Assembly (NCBI GenBank): GCA_045863295.1
Contig: BTWA01000006.1
Coordinates: 128,697 to 192,696, forward strand
Direction: 5' to 3'
Length of the DNA stretch: 64,000 nucleotides
DNA from: Candidatus Hydrogenedentota bacterium
GTDB lineage: Bacteria; Hydrogenedentota; Hydrogenedentia; Hydrogenedentales; SLHB01
Shown in pieces: positions 30,993 through 41,759 of the stretch (positions are counted from its first letter, which is position 1; each line of letters starts with the position of its first letter). The translations under genes were made by a program, and so were the position numbers. Under the pieces are notes generated by a model. It was not told the DNA's origin and did not search any database. It worked only from the letters and a program-made list of their open reading frames with translations.

Positions 30993-31489
30993 GGAAGAGA
31001 ATCGCCGAGTACGGCGTCCGTTTGCTCTCTTCTATAGGCCGCCAGGCGCTGGCGATACTCCGGATACTTGTTGCCGAGTATGGATACCGCCATCAACGCA
31101 GCATTCGTGGACCCGGCCTTGCCAATGGCGAATGTGGCAACGGGAACGCCGCCTGGCATCTGTACGATGGACAACAGTGAATCCAGTCCATTGAGCGCAT
31201 GACTTTGCACGGGCACTCCAAGCACAGGCAGCACCGTTTGGGAGGCCACCATTCCGGGCAGGTGTGCAGCCCCTCCCGCGCCTGCAATTATGACCTCGAT
31301 TCCGCGGGATTCGGCTTCTTTTGCATATTGGCACATCCACTCCGGAGTGCGGTGTGCGGATACGACTTTGCGCTCATGCGGCACATCGAACTTCTCGAGA
31401 ATGGCGACGGCATGTTGCATCGTGTCCCAGTCCGACTTGCTGCCCATGATTACGCCGACAAGCGGCATTTGACCTGCCATGCCTGACAA
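30989..31489 (-). CDS. purE: N5-CAIR mutase
   Basis: [14 protein letters not shown]...SAHRTP...[16 protein letters not shown] are canonical PurE motifs. Confidence 0.9.
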   Translation of the reverse strand: MSGMAGQMPLVGVIMGSKSDWDTMQHAVAILEKFDVPHERKVVSAHRTPEWMCQYAKEAESRGIEVIIAGAGGAAHLPGMVASQTVLPVLGVPVQSHALNGLDSLLSIVQMPGGVPVATFAIGKAGSTNAALMAVSILGNKYPEYRQRLAAYRREQTDAVLGDSLP

Positions 31490-31575
31490 TTCTCCAATTG
31501 GCCATAGTGTTTTGACAATAGGACGCGCATTCCGGTCCTTTCCACGGCGGCATGCGTATACGGCCTCTCAAGGGC

Positions 31576-32616
31576 CTAGGGTAGATTGGGCTGCGCCGAT
31601 GGCTGCCGCGCTTGTCCTTCCAACTGTTGGATCACTTGTCTTGTGCGATCCTGGTCCGGTTTGATTTCCAGCGACTTCCGGTATGCGGCAATCGCTCTGT
31701 CTATCTGATTTAATTGATGATACACGCCGCCCGCCATGTTCCACGCCATGTAATTGGACGGATCCAGTTGGAGTGATCGTTCAAGCGCCATGGCACATTC
31801 CTGCATTCGGTTCGCCCGGATCAAAAGTCGTGCGAAGGCAAAATGATTCTCCGCCGTATCCGGAAACCACTGGCGAACCGTGTCGAACGCTTCCAGGGCC
31901 TGCGGCAAAATCACCTGGATAGCCGCGATGGCTTGCGGGTTCTCCGACTGTTGATCGAATACGGCCGCCGCCTCCACCACCTTGCCATTGCGAAGATCGA
32001 TCCCCGCGAGAATCATTTTTGCAGCACTCTGGTTGGGATTGAACTCAAGTGCCTTGTTCGCGCTTTCCACAGCCATGTCATACAAGTTCTGGCGAAAGTA
32101 CTGCAAGCCCAGCGATGCGAACGCGGTTGACGACGCGGAATCTTCTGCAACGGTTTCTGTTGCCCGTTGGAGCGCTTGAATGGCGTCGCCGAATCGCTTT
32201 TCGCCCATACCCGATAAAACTTGTCCCAGCGCCAGCCACAGCTCGCCCTTATCAGGATAGCGCTGCAGAACCGGAATCAGAACCTTTTCGGCCAAATCGA
32301 AATCGCCTAGACGATTCAGGAGCCGAACGTAGTCGACGGCTTCTTCGGGAGTGCCGTGAGATTCCACATCAGCCTTTTCAAAGTAGCCTCGTGCTTCTTC
32401 CAACAGTGCACGTGCCTGCTCGCTCTTTTTCGTTGCCAGCTCAAAGTCGTTTGTCGCTTGCGCTTCGACTGCTTCCGCATAGACCTTTTCTGCTTGGAGC
32501 ACTTTGTCACGGGCCCGTGAGACTTCCGTTGGCTGTGGCCAGGCCCACGGCATTGCCAATGCGGCACAACCGAGGAAAAAGCAACGCCGGAGAATCGCTC
32601 GAATATGGTGTGGCAT
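31576..32616 (-). CDS. secreted TPR-repeat protein
   Basis: Signal peptide plus about seven 34-aa TPR-like repeats with the W/LG-Y-A-F-A-P pattern. Confidence 0.6.
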   Translation of the reverse strand: MPHHIRAILRRCFFLGCAALAMPWAWPQPTEVSRARDKVLQAEKVYAEAVEAQATNDFELATKKSEQARALLEEARGYFEKADVESHGTPEEAVDYVRLLNRLGDFDLAEKVLIPVLQRYPDKGELWLALGQVLSGMGEKRFGDAIQALQRATETVAEDSASSTAFASLGLQYFRQNLYDMAVESANKALEFNPNQSAAKMILAGIDLRNGKVVEAAAVFDQQSENPQAIAAIQVILPQALEAFDTVRQWFPDTAENHFAFARLLIRANRMQECAMALERSLQLDPSNYMAWNMAGGVYHQLNQIDRAIAAYRKSLEIKPDQDRTRQVIQQLEGQARQPSAQPNLP

Positions 32617-32695
32617 GTCCTACGTATGGCCCTACGAGATTGCTGTTCGTTACTTCTACCGCCGACAGAGTCAAAAAGAATACGCGGATCGCGCG

Positions 32696-34315
32696 TCATG
32701 TTTCCACTTCAAGGCGCTCATTTGTCCACAATGCACCCTCAATGGAGTCCATCAGAGGTCCAAAGGTTTGCTCGTCCAAAGCGCACACGGGCACCGCGTC
32801 GAAGCGATGCAGGAGCCCTTCCAAATCGGACGGACGGCACCGGTCCGTCTTGTTGAGTACAAGGAGCGTTGGCTTGCCATCCAGTCCGAGTTCGCGCAGG
32901 ATGTTGTCAACCGTCCTTTTCAAATCATCGCAATCCTCTCGCGATGCGTCGATGACATGCAGCAGTAAATCGGCGTCGTCGAGTTCCTCAAGGGTGGTCC
33001 GAAACGCGGCCATCAGGTCCGCTGGCAGGTTTCGGATAAACCCTACGGTGTCTGTAATGACGATTTCGCGTTCCTTTGGAAAACGCAGCCGCCGGGATAC
33101 AGGATTAAGCGTCGCAAATAAGGCATCCTGTGCCAGCACATCGCTCCGCGTGAGCCGGTTTAGAAGCGTCGACTTACCGGCATTGGTGTAGCCGACTATG
33201 GAGACGATCGGCACAGCACGGCGGGTACGCTCGGAACGGCGTAACCGTCGGCGTTCTCCCAATTTGTTTACTTCCCGTTCCAAGTGGGCAATGCGATCTT
33301 GCGCGCGGCGCCGGTCTATTTCCAGTTTGGTTTCGCCGGGGCCTCTCCCGCCAATGCCGCCCGTAAGTCTTGAATAGGCCAAGGCCGCCTGTTTGGCTCC
33401 CAGGCGGGGGAGCATGTAGCGCAATTGGGCCAACTCGACCTGGATCTTCCCTTCGCGGGTCTGTGCGCGCTGGGCAAAAATATCCAAAATGACTTGGGTG
33501 CGATCGAGGATCTTGAGGTCGGTGAATTCCGACAGGGCATTGACCTGGGCCGGTGTGAGATTCAAGTCAAAAACAAGCACTTCGGCACCCAGTTGCATGG
33601 CGCGAATGACCGTACTTTGAAGTCGACCGCGGCCCAGGACGAACTTTGGATCCACGGCACGGCGCTGAACCACTGAGTCGAGACCAACCAACCCGGCGCT
33701 TGTTACCAATTCTTGCAACTCTTGGAGCGATTCCTCGGCTGCGGCCGTCGGATTGCTTGAGACATGGATGAGAATGGCCCGGTCACGCGGGTCGTTGGCG
33801 CTGCGGGGCCGACGGGTTCTGTAGAACTCCTCTTCAAGAGCATCGATCATGCTCGTGAACGAGTCTTCCAAGTCATGTACGCGAGTAGGTGGATTTATGA
33901 GCCATGGCTGCCCTTCCTGATTCTCGGGAAGCAGATGGGCAATGTGCACGTGCCCCGGAGTGCCATCAGGAGTAGTTTCGATAGCGCCAATCAAGTCGAG
34001 GCGAAGAAGGGCGAGATCGGTCAGATCATCGTCGGTTAAGGGTTCACTTTTCAGGTGCGTGTGAATCAGCCGGAGACCGCACAGGCGGTCTCGCCCCAGA
34101 CGGAATGCGGACAAATCAGGGATAAATACGGATTTTGAGTCGCCTACAATAACGACGCGAACATGACCGCGTCGGTCGAGCATCACTCCTACCTGACGTT
34201 CAATCTCCCTGCTCACCTCGCACAGCGCGCGCGCAAGTTCCGGGGAGACGATGCGTTCAGGAGGGACGCGCCGCTGCATGAGCCGTTCCAGCCGACGAAG
34301 CGGCTGCCCACGCAA
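32696..34315 (-). CDS. hflX: GTPase HflX (with ~110-aa N-terminal extension)
   Basis: HflX N-domain, G1 GYTNAGKSTL, G3 DTVGF and G4 NKTD. The extra N-terminal region precedes the canonical HflX start. Confidence 0.8.
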   Translation of the reverse strand: MRGQPLRRLERLMQRRVPPERIVSPELARALCEVSREIERQVGVMLDRRGHVRVVIVGDSKSVFIPDLSAFRLGRDRLCGLRLIHTHLKSEPLTDDDLTDLALLRLDLIGAIETTPDGTPGHVHIAHLLPENQEGQPWLINPPTRVHDLEDSFTSMIDALEEEFYRTRRPRSANDPRDRAILIHVSSNPTAAAEESLQELQELVTSAGLVGLDSVVQRRAVDPKFVLGRGRLQSTVIRAMQLGAEVLVFDLNLTPAQVNALSEFTDLKILDRTQVILDIFAQRAQTREGKIQVELAQLRYMLPRLGAKQAALAYSRLTGGIGGRGPGETKLEIDRRRAQDRIAHLEREVNKLGERRRLRRSERTRRAVPIVSIVGYTNAGKSTLLNRLTRSDVLAQDALFATLNPVSRRLRFPKEREIVITDTVGFIRNLPADLMAAFRTTLEELDDADLLLHVIDASREDCDDLKRTVDNILRELGLDGKPTLLVLNKTDRCRPSDLEGLLHRFDAVPVCALDEQTFGPLMDSIEGALWTNERLEVET

Positions 34316-34445
34316 GCCGTGGGTGTTGCCCGTAAGACGAATAGCAGACTCCTTACAACAATAACGCCGGAAGAACGCCTACTTGAATAGTAGCTCTTCC
34401 GGCGGTAATACGCGAAACGGGGTGGCCAATTCGTTTTCCTGGTGA

Positions 34446-35426
34446 TTAGTTGGCCAGCATGACCCGACGGATAATCTTTTGGCTCTCTACGGCATCCAGT
34501 GTTTTTTGGGCCTTTTTCATTTCCGTGGAGTCCAGTTTCTCCAGTTTCTTGTAGAAGATGGCCAAGTTGCCCAGGGCTATCTGAACGGCCTGCGACGGGT
34601 CAATGCGCTGCGGAGCCATGCTCACGGTGCAATAGCCTTTGTACTTGTTCAACTTAAGGTAGTACAGGGCTTCGAGCAATTCCCAGACGTGCACACTGCC
34701 TGGGATCATCATGTCGTCCCAGAGCCGATAGCATTCACTGAAGTACACTTGGAACAGCTTGTTGGAACGCGCCAGAAACGCGATAGACTCCGCGGGATTC
34801 TCGCCAGCCATCATGGCATGGCTGAAATCAAACGCGACTCCCACGTTTTTCATTGCGATTTCCTGACACAGCGACAACGCTTTGCCCACATTGGAAACCG
34901 TCAGGAACTTTCTGGGCTCCCGGGACTTGTAGGCAATGGCCACGTTAATGTCAGGTGAAGCGTACTTGGCGATAGTCTTGATCGACGAGATAACGGTATT
35001 CCAGTGCGTAATGTAGTCAATGTGGAACGGATAATCGAATCCATCGCTGTACAAGCGAATCGTAATCTCGGTCGCACCCAGATTACGGGCGTAGTCCACT
35101 GCCTTACGACCTTCATCAATCGCGGCATTTCGAATCTTTGGGTGTTGATGACCAAATGCACCCAATGCAAACCGCCGATCTTTGGCTAAGTTGACTCCCA
35201 CTCCAGAGCATGCCATGCCATTGTCTTTTAGAATCCGCTTCATCTCTTTCAGCGGAAAATCCTGCATGATATCGGTTTGGGCAATTTCAACCGCCTTCAC
35301 CGTTTTCAATTTGGCGGCTGCCGAAAGCCGTTCTTGGGGGCGCAGTGCTTCCCGGTACCCGTCGGGAACATACCGATCCGGGGATCCGGAAAAAATATCC
35401 AACGCAATAGAATGCTTGAGAGACAT
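34446..35426 (-). CDS. sugar phosphate isomerase/epimerase (xylose-isomerase-like TIM barrel)
   Basis: ~325 aa showing the alternating beta-alpha pattern with conserved acidic/His residues (AFDFSH, EIT). Family-level call only. Confidence 0.55.
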   Translation of the reverse strand: MSLKHSIALDIFSGSPDRYVPDGYREALRPQERLSAAAKLKTVKAVEIAQTDIMQDFPLKEMKRILKDNGMACSGVGVNLAKDRRFALGAFGHQHPKIRNAAIDEGRKAVDYARNLGATEITIRLYSDGFDYPFHIDYITHWNTVISSIKTIAKYASPDINVAIAYKSREPRKFLTVSNVGKALSLCQEIAMKNVGVAFDFSHAMMAGENPAESIAFLARSNKLFQVYFSECYRLWDDMMIPGSVHVWELLEALYYLKLNKYKGYCTVSMAPQRIDPSQAVQIALGNLAIFYKKLEKLDSTEMKKAQKTLDAVESQKIIRRVMLAN

Positions 35427-36051
35427 GTCAATCTCCTGAAAACCGACTTCCGACACTCGAATTTCCCTTACAGTACTTCAACTGAATCTGCCCAATTGCC
35501 TCTTTAGGACGCGTATGTGGACGCACCACAATCGACCCGGACTACTTGTCACACACGGGGCCAGACCGTGCTTCGCGTCAAGAGAAAAACGCTAGTCAGA
35601 GGAAGGCCGCCGGGGCGTAGTATACGGATCGCGGCGAAAAAAGTCAATACAGAAGTGTTTTACTGCCAGTAACATCCGCCGATTTTCCGGGTCTTCCAAT
35701 CGGTTAAACCGATAATGGATAAGCATTTGTGAATACAGGCACGACTAGGCATTTTCGCGATTTTCGGAGTCCGTGAAGTCCATTCGAATCCAAGAAAAAA
35801 AAGAGGCGAGTGCCGGCAGCGGGGGAACTGCCCAAAAAGCACTCGCCGGTGGTGGGAACCAGTCATTACTGACTGTATCGTCACTGGTCTGGGGGAAAGA
35901 CCTTTTGACGACACTGTGGAAACATCACGTTTAATCGTAATATTCCGGCACGGATCCCGTCTTATTGCCACTTCTTGACGTTTACGGCTAAATCCATGAT
36001 AATCAATGACTAATAGCAATCAAAGCGTTCGTAACTATCCGGAAATGGCTC

Positions 36052-37359
36052 ATGCGACACATGCGAAACCGAAGTGTTTCACTCACGTTTTCGATCATTC
36101 TTGCGGCGAATTTATGTACAGCCTATCCCCAGTCTATTCATAGGCAGGAGATTCCTGTGCCGGGTGCCTCTGGTACGTCAGTCTCCTCCGACTATTTGCC
36201 CTCAGAAGTGACCTGGCCCCCCGCGGAGTCTCCTTTCCAGAAGGAGCTGGAAGCGGCACAGAGTGCTTTTGGGCCTTTGGAAGCGATGTTGCATTCGAGA
36301 GACCCCTTTGTGCGTAAGCGCGGACTGGAGGGAATTGCTCTGTCCGGGGAACAGCAAGCAGTCACGGTGTGCGTAGCCTTCTTGGCCGATCCCGACGCGG
36401 AAGTTCGCATGGCGGCCCGAACTGCGTTGGATCAGTTCGATGACGGTTGGGTGGCGGCGGATATCCGGCGAATTCTTGCTGGAGGTGGTCCTGGTCTTGT
36501 ACACGCCCTTGATTATGCGATTCCGAGCCTCAAGGGGAGCTTGGAACAGCCGTTTCTACGTACATTGGACGACCCGCAGGAGCCCAGCCGCGATCGCGTT
36601 GTCGCGGCGTACTGCCTTGGCCGTATGGGTTCGAGGGACGCTATACCGGCTCTTACACGGGGCGCATGGTCTTCGGACAAGGAGTTCTCTGAGTATTGCG
36701 CTTATGCTTTGTCTTCGATAATTGACCCGGTCTCCGTGCAGGAATTGGCTGGGATGAGCAACCACCCGAACCAGGAAATCCGGTGGGCAGCCATTCAAGG
36801 TCTGGGCACAATTGGTGGACCAAAGGCATTCGAATCGCTTCGATCCACCGCGCTTGGGCAGACGGAAAAAGTTATGTCTTTGCGCCAAGAGGCGATGTTT
36901 CAGCTAGCTCGTTCGGGCGACCTGGATTCAATACCGGTGATTATGGAAATCATGGGCCAATCGCCTACATTGTCTCGCCCCGCCATTGAAGCCATGAAAT
37001 ACCTGACGGGCCTGGATCTCGGTCCATCTACGCGTGCCTGGCGGCAGTGGTATGAAACGGTGAAGCGCGAGTTTGTTCCTCCTCCCCTTCTACCTGTGGG
37101 GTATGCACCTTTGGGATTTCCACAGGATTACAGCTTTCTGACCGTACCCACGCCGACGGAAGAAGAAACGCAATCGGATGGGACACGGTCGCCGGGTATC
37201 AAGATTTCACCCAGCAATCCACAGAGCCGTCCTACCAACCGATCGGAGGCAGGACAACCCGCAGCCACGCCCCCTTCAAACAGCGGTAGAACACAGCAGC
37301 CGGATATGCCCGAGTCCATGAAACGAGCGTTGGAACGCTTAAGCAGGGGCGAACTATAG
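36052..37359 (+). CDS. secreted HEAT/PBS-lyase-like repeat protein with Pro/Ser-rich tail
   Basis: Signal peptide. Repeated D-P-x-x-x-V-R-x-x-A-x-x-A-L motifs (DPDAEVRMAARTAL; NQEIRWAAIQGLG). Confidence 0.55.
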   Translation: MRHMRNRSVSLTFSIILAANLCTAYPQSIHRQEIPVPGASGTSVSSDYLPSEVTWPPAESPFQKELEAAQSAFGPLEAMLHSRDPFVRKRGLEGIALSGEQQAVTVCVAFLADPDAEVRMAARTALDQFDDGWVAADIRRILAGGGPGLVHALDYAIPSLKGSLEQPFLRTLDDPQEPSRDRVVAAYCLGRMGSRDAIPALTRGAWSSDKEFSEYCAYALSSIIDPVSVQELAGMSNHPNQEIRWAAIQGLGTIGGPKAFESLRSTALGQTEKVMSLRQEAMFQLARSGDLDSIPVIMEIMGQSPTLSRPAIEAMKYLTGLDLGPSTRAWRQWYETVKREFVPPPLLPVGYAPLGFPQDYSFLTVPTPTEEETQSDGTRSPGIKISPSNPQSRPTNRSEAGQPAATPPSNSGRTQQPDMPESMKRALERLSRGEL

Positions 37360-37412
37360 GTCGCTCAGGCTAAGCCTTCATGACGGCGTGAATCGGGTCT
37401 GGCTGGAGAAGG

Positions 37413-38108
37413 TTAGACGGGTCCGCTAGTTCGCTTCGAGACCTGGAGGTATTCCTCCGCCTTGTGGCGGACAATTTCGCCTTGAACGAGGTATATCACG
37501 TCTTCAGCAATGTTCGATGCGTAGTCGCCGATGCGTTCCAAGTGGCGTGACACCCCCAGGAGGTGTACCAGCGATTCGATATGTCCGGGTTGTTCTTCCA
37601 GTCCCTTTTTGACTTGACTGTACATTTCCCGGTTGATGGCGTCCACTTCATCGTCCATTGAAATCACCCCGTAGGCCAGACGGGCATCCTGGTTCACCAG
37701 CGCATCCAGACTCTGGTGCAACATGGATTGGACCTTTTCCGACATACGGCTGAAGTCGAAGGGCATGTCCATCCGTTCTTGTGAGGCGAGGTATAGCGAG
37801 CGTTCCGCGATGTTCACGGTAGCATCGCCAATGCGTTCCAGTTCGTTGTTGATTTTCAATACGGCAATAATGAACCGCAAGTCGTGCGCAACTGGCTGAT
37901 GAAGTGCCAGGATTTTCTGGCACTCTTCCTCAATATCTACTTCCTGCTCATCAATGGTGATGTCCGTTGCTATTATCTTTTGGGCCAATTCCGTATCGCG
38001 GTCGCGAATCGAACGGACGGCGCGATCGACGCTTTCCTCGACCAGAGCGCCGAGGTTCAAAACCTTACGCTTCAGTTTGTTGATCTCTCGTTGCATGTGA
38101 ATCGACAA
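37413..38108 (-). CDS. phoU: phosphate signalling complex protein PhoU
   Basis: Two PhoU repeats, each carrying the E..R.GD signature (ELERIGDAT; HLERIGDYA). Confidence 0.9.
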   Translation of the reverse strand: MSIHMQREINKLKRKVLNLGALVEESVDRAVRSIRDRDTELAQKIIATDITIDEQEVDIEEECQKILALHQPVAHDLRFIIAVLKINNELERIGDATVNIAERSLYLASQERMDMPFDFSRMSEKVQSMLHQSLDALVNQDARLAYGVISMDDEVDAINREMYSQVKKGLEEQPGHIESLVHLLGVSRHLERIGDYASNIAEDVIYLVQGEIVRHKAEEYLQVSKRTSGPV

Positions 38109-38126
38109 CCGAACAGCCTTTCCGTA

Positions 38127-38939
38127 TTATCCAAATCGCCCGGTAATGTACGCCTCGGTTTCTTTCAGCTTGGGATTGGTAAAAATGGTTTCGGTTGTTC
38201 CGAATTCCACCAGACGTCCCTCGTTGAAAAATGCCGTATAGTCGGATACCCGGCCTGCCTGCTGCATATTGTGAGTTACGATAACGATTGTGTAGTCCGC
38301 GCGCAACTCCGCAATCAGATCTTCGATTCGCGCCGTGGACCTGGGATCGAGTGCGGAGGCGGGTTCGTCCATGAGCAGGATTTCAGGTCCGATTGCCAAA
38401 GCCCGAGCGATGCACAACCGCTGCTGCTGGCCGCCCGACAGCCCCAAGGCGCTGCTGTTCAGCCGGTCCTTTACTTCGTCCCATAGTCCGGCCCGGGTCA
38501 GGCTCATTTCGACGATATTGCCCAAATCGGCGCGAGACTTCACCCCATGAATTCTCGGGCCGTATGCAACGTTGTCAAAAATCGACTTTGGAAAGGGGTT
38601 TGATTTCTGAAAGACCATCCCCACCCGCTTTCGCAATGCAACGACATCTGTCCCGTTTCTATAGATATCGTTGCCGTCAATGCAAACCTTGCCTGTCATG
38701 CGAGCGCCGTCGATGAGATCATTCATCCGGTTCATGGTCCGCAGGAAGGTGGATTTACCGCAACCCGACGGCCCAATTAGAGCGGTGACTTGTTTGGCGA
38801 AAATATCGATGGCGATGTTGTGCAGCGCCTGCGCGGATCCGTAGTAGAAGTTGAGGTCCCTGGCGCTGGCTTTGACGGCCAGGGCCGTCTTCTCCAGTCC
38901 CGGGTCTGTGTCGAACACCATTCTGTGTGCGTCTACCAT
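38127..38939 (-). CDS. pstB: phosphate ABC transporter ATP-binding protein
   Basis: Walker [13 protein letters not shown] signature LSGGQQQR and the PstB-typical N-terminus. Confidence 0.9.
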   Translation of the reverse strand: MVDAHRMVFDTDPGLEKTALAVKASARDLNFYYGSAQALHNIAIDIFAKQVTALIGPSGCGKSTFLRTMNRMNDLIDGARMTGKVCIDGNDIYRNGTDVVALRKRVGMVFQKSNPFPKSIFDNVAYGPRIHGVKSRADLGNIVEMSLTRAGLWDEVKDRLNSSALGLSGGQQQRLCIARALAIGPEILLMDEPASALDPRSTARIEDLIAELRADYTIVIVTHNMQQAGRVSDYTAFFNEGRLVEFGTTETIFTNPKLKETEAYITGRFG

Positions 38940-39772
38940 CGATAGCGCTTCCTGAAATGGCTACGAAGGAAGATCGCGCCAATGTTGACGCCCAGCACAA
39001 GAATCAGCAGTACCAGTGCCGTTCCGTACTGTGCGTTCCGGATTTCCTGCGACTCAGGGTATTGTGTCGCCAAAACGTAAAGATGATAGGGCAATGCCAT
39101 GCAAGAATCGAGTATGGAGGAAGGCAATTCGGCTTTGTAGAATGCAGCACACGTAAACAAGATCGGCGCGGTCTCTCCGGCTGCCCGTCCAATTCCGAGT
39201 ATGCTGCCTGTCAACATTCCGGGAACCGAGTACGGCAGAACGTTCTTCCAGATAGTCTCCCACTGGGTTGCGCCCAGCGCAAGACTTGCCTCTCTCAGGG
39301 AGCGCGGAACGGCACGCAACGCCTCTTCGCTGGCCACAATGATTGTGGGTAGAACCATGCACGCGAGCGTCAGGCTGCCCGAGAGAATACTCGTGTCGAA
39401 TTTAAAAAAGATCACGAATAGCCCTACGCCAAACACACCAAACACAATGGAGGGCACGCCGGCCAGTGTGACAATGGCCAGGCGAATGATGCGCACGTAG
39501 CGGCCTTGCTTCGCATACTCCGTGAGGAAAATGGCCGCGGCCATCCCTAGTGGCAAAGCCACAACGATGGTTCCGGCCACCAGATAAAATGTGCCAAGTA
39601 TGGCTGGGAAAATACTGTAATCATCGCCCGGTTTTCCCGGCATCAGGAACGCGGGTGTCAGACTGCTTGTGCCTTTGACTACGATGTCAAACACGATGTA
39701 CCCGACGGTCAACACCACGAAGTAGGCAATCCCCCTTAGCAACCAGAATCCCAGTCTTTCTTTTCTGCTCAT
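38933..39772 (-). CDS. pstA: phosphate ABC transporter permease PstA
   Basis: Six-TM permease with an EAA-like loop ([15 protein letters not shown]). It overlaps pstB by 7 nt. Confidence 0.85.
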   Translation of the reverse strand: MSRKERLGFWLLRGIAYFVVLTVGYIVFDIVVKGTSSLTPAFLMPGKPGDDYSIFPAILGTFYLVAGTIVVALPLGMAAAIFLTEYAKQGRYVRIIRLAIVTLAGVPSIVFGVFGVGLFVIFFKFDTSILSGSLTLACMVLPTIIVASEEALRAVPRSLREASLALGATQWETIWKNVLPYSVPGMLTGSILGIGRAAGETAPILFTCAAFYKAELPSSILDSCMALPYHLYVLATQYPESQEIRNAQYGTALVLLILVLGVNIGAIFLRSHFRKRYRW

Positions 39773-39776
39773 TTGC

Positions 39777-40652
39777 CTACGGCCTCCGATACGTCTTTAA
39801 GACGCGCTGGGCCACCAGGTTGAGCATAAACGTTGCCAGCAACAAGACCACTCCAATCCAGAAAAGGGCCTGATAATGCGTACTTCCGTACACGACCTCT
39901 CCCAGTTCGCCTGCAATCGTTGCGGTCATGGTGCGTACACGGCTTGTTGGTGAAAGGGTAATCACCGGTGCGTTGCCGGTGACCATAAGTACAGCCATGG
40001 TTTCTCCGATGACACGGCCCATACCCAGCATGATGCTGGCAATGATTCCGGACATGGCGGCAGGAACAGTCACTTTCCACATGGTTTGGAAGCGGCTCGC
40101 GCCCAAGGCCATGGATGCCTCTTTGTACGCCATGGGGACGCTGCGTATCGCATCTTCGGATATTGTAATTATGGTGGGTATGGCCATGAATGCCAACAGC
40201 AGGGCGCCTGTCAACGCCGTCTTGCCCGTGTCCAGATGGAACAACTTCATCACAATTGGGCCGAGCACAACGACGCCAAAGAATCCCAGGACCACGGACG
40301 GAATGGCGGCAATCAATTCGACGAAAGGCTTCAGGATTTCACGTTCCCAACTTTCGGCGACCTCAGCGATATACACGGCTCCGCAAATGCCAAATGGAAT
40401 GGCGAACAGCATCGCCAAAACAGTCACTGATAACGATCCTACGACAAGCGGATAGATTCCAAACTCCACTTCCTGCATGGACGTTGGAGCCCAAGAAGAC
40501 CCCAGCAGGGCGCCGAGTCCTGGCTTATGAATGAATGGAAACGCTTCCTTAAAAAGAAACAGAAAAATCAAGACCACGATCAAGATGCTGGTGGAGGCAG
40601 CAATTCGCAGGGCGTAACGGACGGCAATTTCGAGAAACTGGCGTTTTCCCAT
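39777..40652 (-). CDS. pstC: phosphate ABC transporter permease PstC
   Basis: Six-TM permease with the EAA loop (MALGASRFQTMWKVTVP). Confidence 0.85.
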   Translation of the reverse strand: MGKRQFLEIAVRYALRIAASTSILIVVLIFLFLFKEAFPFIHKPGLGALLGSSWAPTSMQEVEFGIYPLVVGSLSVTVLAMLFAIPFGICGAVYIAEVAESWEREILKPFVELIAAIPSVVLGFFGVVVLGPIVMKLFHLDTGKTALTGALLLAFMAIPTIITISEDAIRSVPMAYKEASMALGASRFQTMWKVTVPAAMSGIIASIMLGMGRVIGETMAVLMVTGNAPVITLSPTSRVRTMTATIAGELGEVVYGSTHYQALFWIGVVLLLATFMLNLVAQRVLKTYRRP

Positions 40653-41530
40653 TACTTCACCGTAACGTACCCTTCTTCCGTCACGATGGCTTGCCCTTTT
40701 TCGCCCGTGCAGAATTCGATGAAACCTGCCAGCGCCGGATTGGCCTCGCCTGCGGTGTAGAAGTAAAGCGGTCTGGCGATGGAGTATTCACCGGAGCGCA
40801 CGGTGGTCTCACTCGGGACCACCGGTTCCGCATCGGCCGATTTGCGGACCGGTATGACTTTGATCTTGTCTCCCGCAGCATCCGCATACCCTAATCCAAC
40901 ATAGCCGATCGCTCCTGGCGATTCCTGCACGCTTTGAATCACGGCGGATGTGGCGGGCAACAACAATGCTGTGGGTGCATAGTTTTCCTTGTTCAGCACG
41001 TGCTCCAAGAAAAACATGTAGGTTCCCGAACTGGATTCACGGGAGCAAACAACAATTTCAGCGTCTGATCCTCCCACTTGATTCCAATTCGTGATTGTAC
41101 CGGTGTAGATGCTTTTCAACTGTTCCAAGGAGAGATCGGCCACGGGATTCGACGGGTTGACCACGATGGCAATGCCATCCAAAGCAACGGCATACTCCTT
41201 GATTTCGTGTCCTTTGGCGGCCGCTTGTTCACGTTCCTCGGGGGTCATATCCCGTGACGAGGCGCAAATATCCGTCGTACCGTTCAAGAGGGCTGCAATA
41301 CCGGTACCCGAGCCGCCACCCGTGACGGGAATGCTCACGTCCGGTTGGACTTGCTGATAGCTGACTACCCATTTTTTGACGAGGTGCAACATGGTGTCCG
41401 AACCTTTTATGGACACCACTGGACCCGTATTACCTCCGCCGCCGCACGACACGAACGCCAACAGCGAAATGGCCGCCAAGCCGGACACACGAAATGAACT
41501 TTGCAACCGCATTGCTGTCCCCCTTTTCAT
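40652..41530 (-). CDS. pstS: phosphate-binding lipoprotein PstS
   Basis: Lipobox LAFVSCGG. PBP-like body with GSGTG and SRES motifs. Confidence 0.85.
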   Translation of the reverse strand: MKRGTAMRLQSSFRVSGLAAISLLAFVSCGGGGNTGPVVSIKGSDTMLHLVKKWVVSYQQVQPDVSIPVTGGGSGTGIAALLNGTTDICASSRDMTPEEREQAAAKGHEIKEYAVALDGIAIVVNPSNPVADLSLEQLKSIYTGTITNWNQVGGSDAEIVVCSRESSSGTYMFFLEHVLNKENYAPTALLLPATSAVIQSVQESPGAIGYVGLGYADAAGDKIKVIPVRKSADAEPVVPSETTVRSGEYSIARPLYFYTAGEANPALAGFIEFCTGEKGQAIVTEEGYVTVK

Positions 41531-41567
41531 ATACCGAAAGACTCCCGGGCAAGACGAGAGGCGTAGT

Positions 41568-41596
41568 GTAGCTGTCCTCTGTTAGGAAATTGTTAA
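41568..41596 (-). promoter_or_regulatory. candidate Pho box (three 7-mers at 11-bp periodicity) upstream of pstS
   Basis: The minus strand reads TTAACAA-tttc-CTAACAG-agga-CAGCTAC, 45-75 nt upstream of the pstS ATG. It resembles the PhoB direct-repeat architecture (7+4). Confidence 0.3.
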
Positions 41597-41759
41597 AACG
41601 GCCGAAAATCCTTCGCGTGCAAGTGTTTACATAAATAGTGGATTTCGCCAAAACCCACCCAATTCATCGCACTCGAACGAAGTATGTCGAGACCGAGTTA
41701 CCTGAATACACTGTAGCCGTTGATCCTTTTGCCCCCAGTGGTTTGGGCAACAGAATGTG

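Noticed and set aside
35660-36019. 119-aa minus-strand ORF in the 35.5-36.0 kb intergenic region
   Set aside because: It has odd composition, no RBS and no homology signal. The region is better explained as non-coding or structured RNA.
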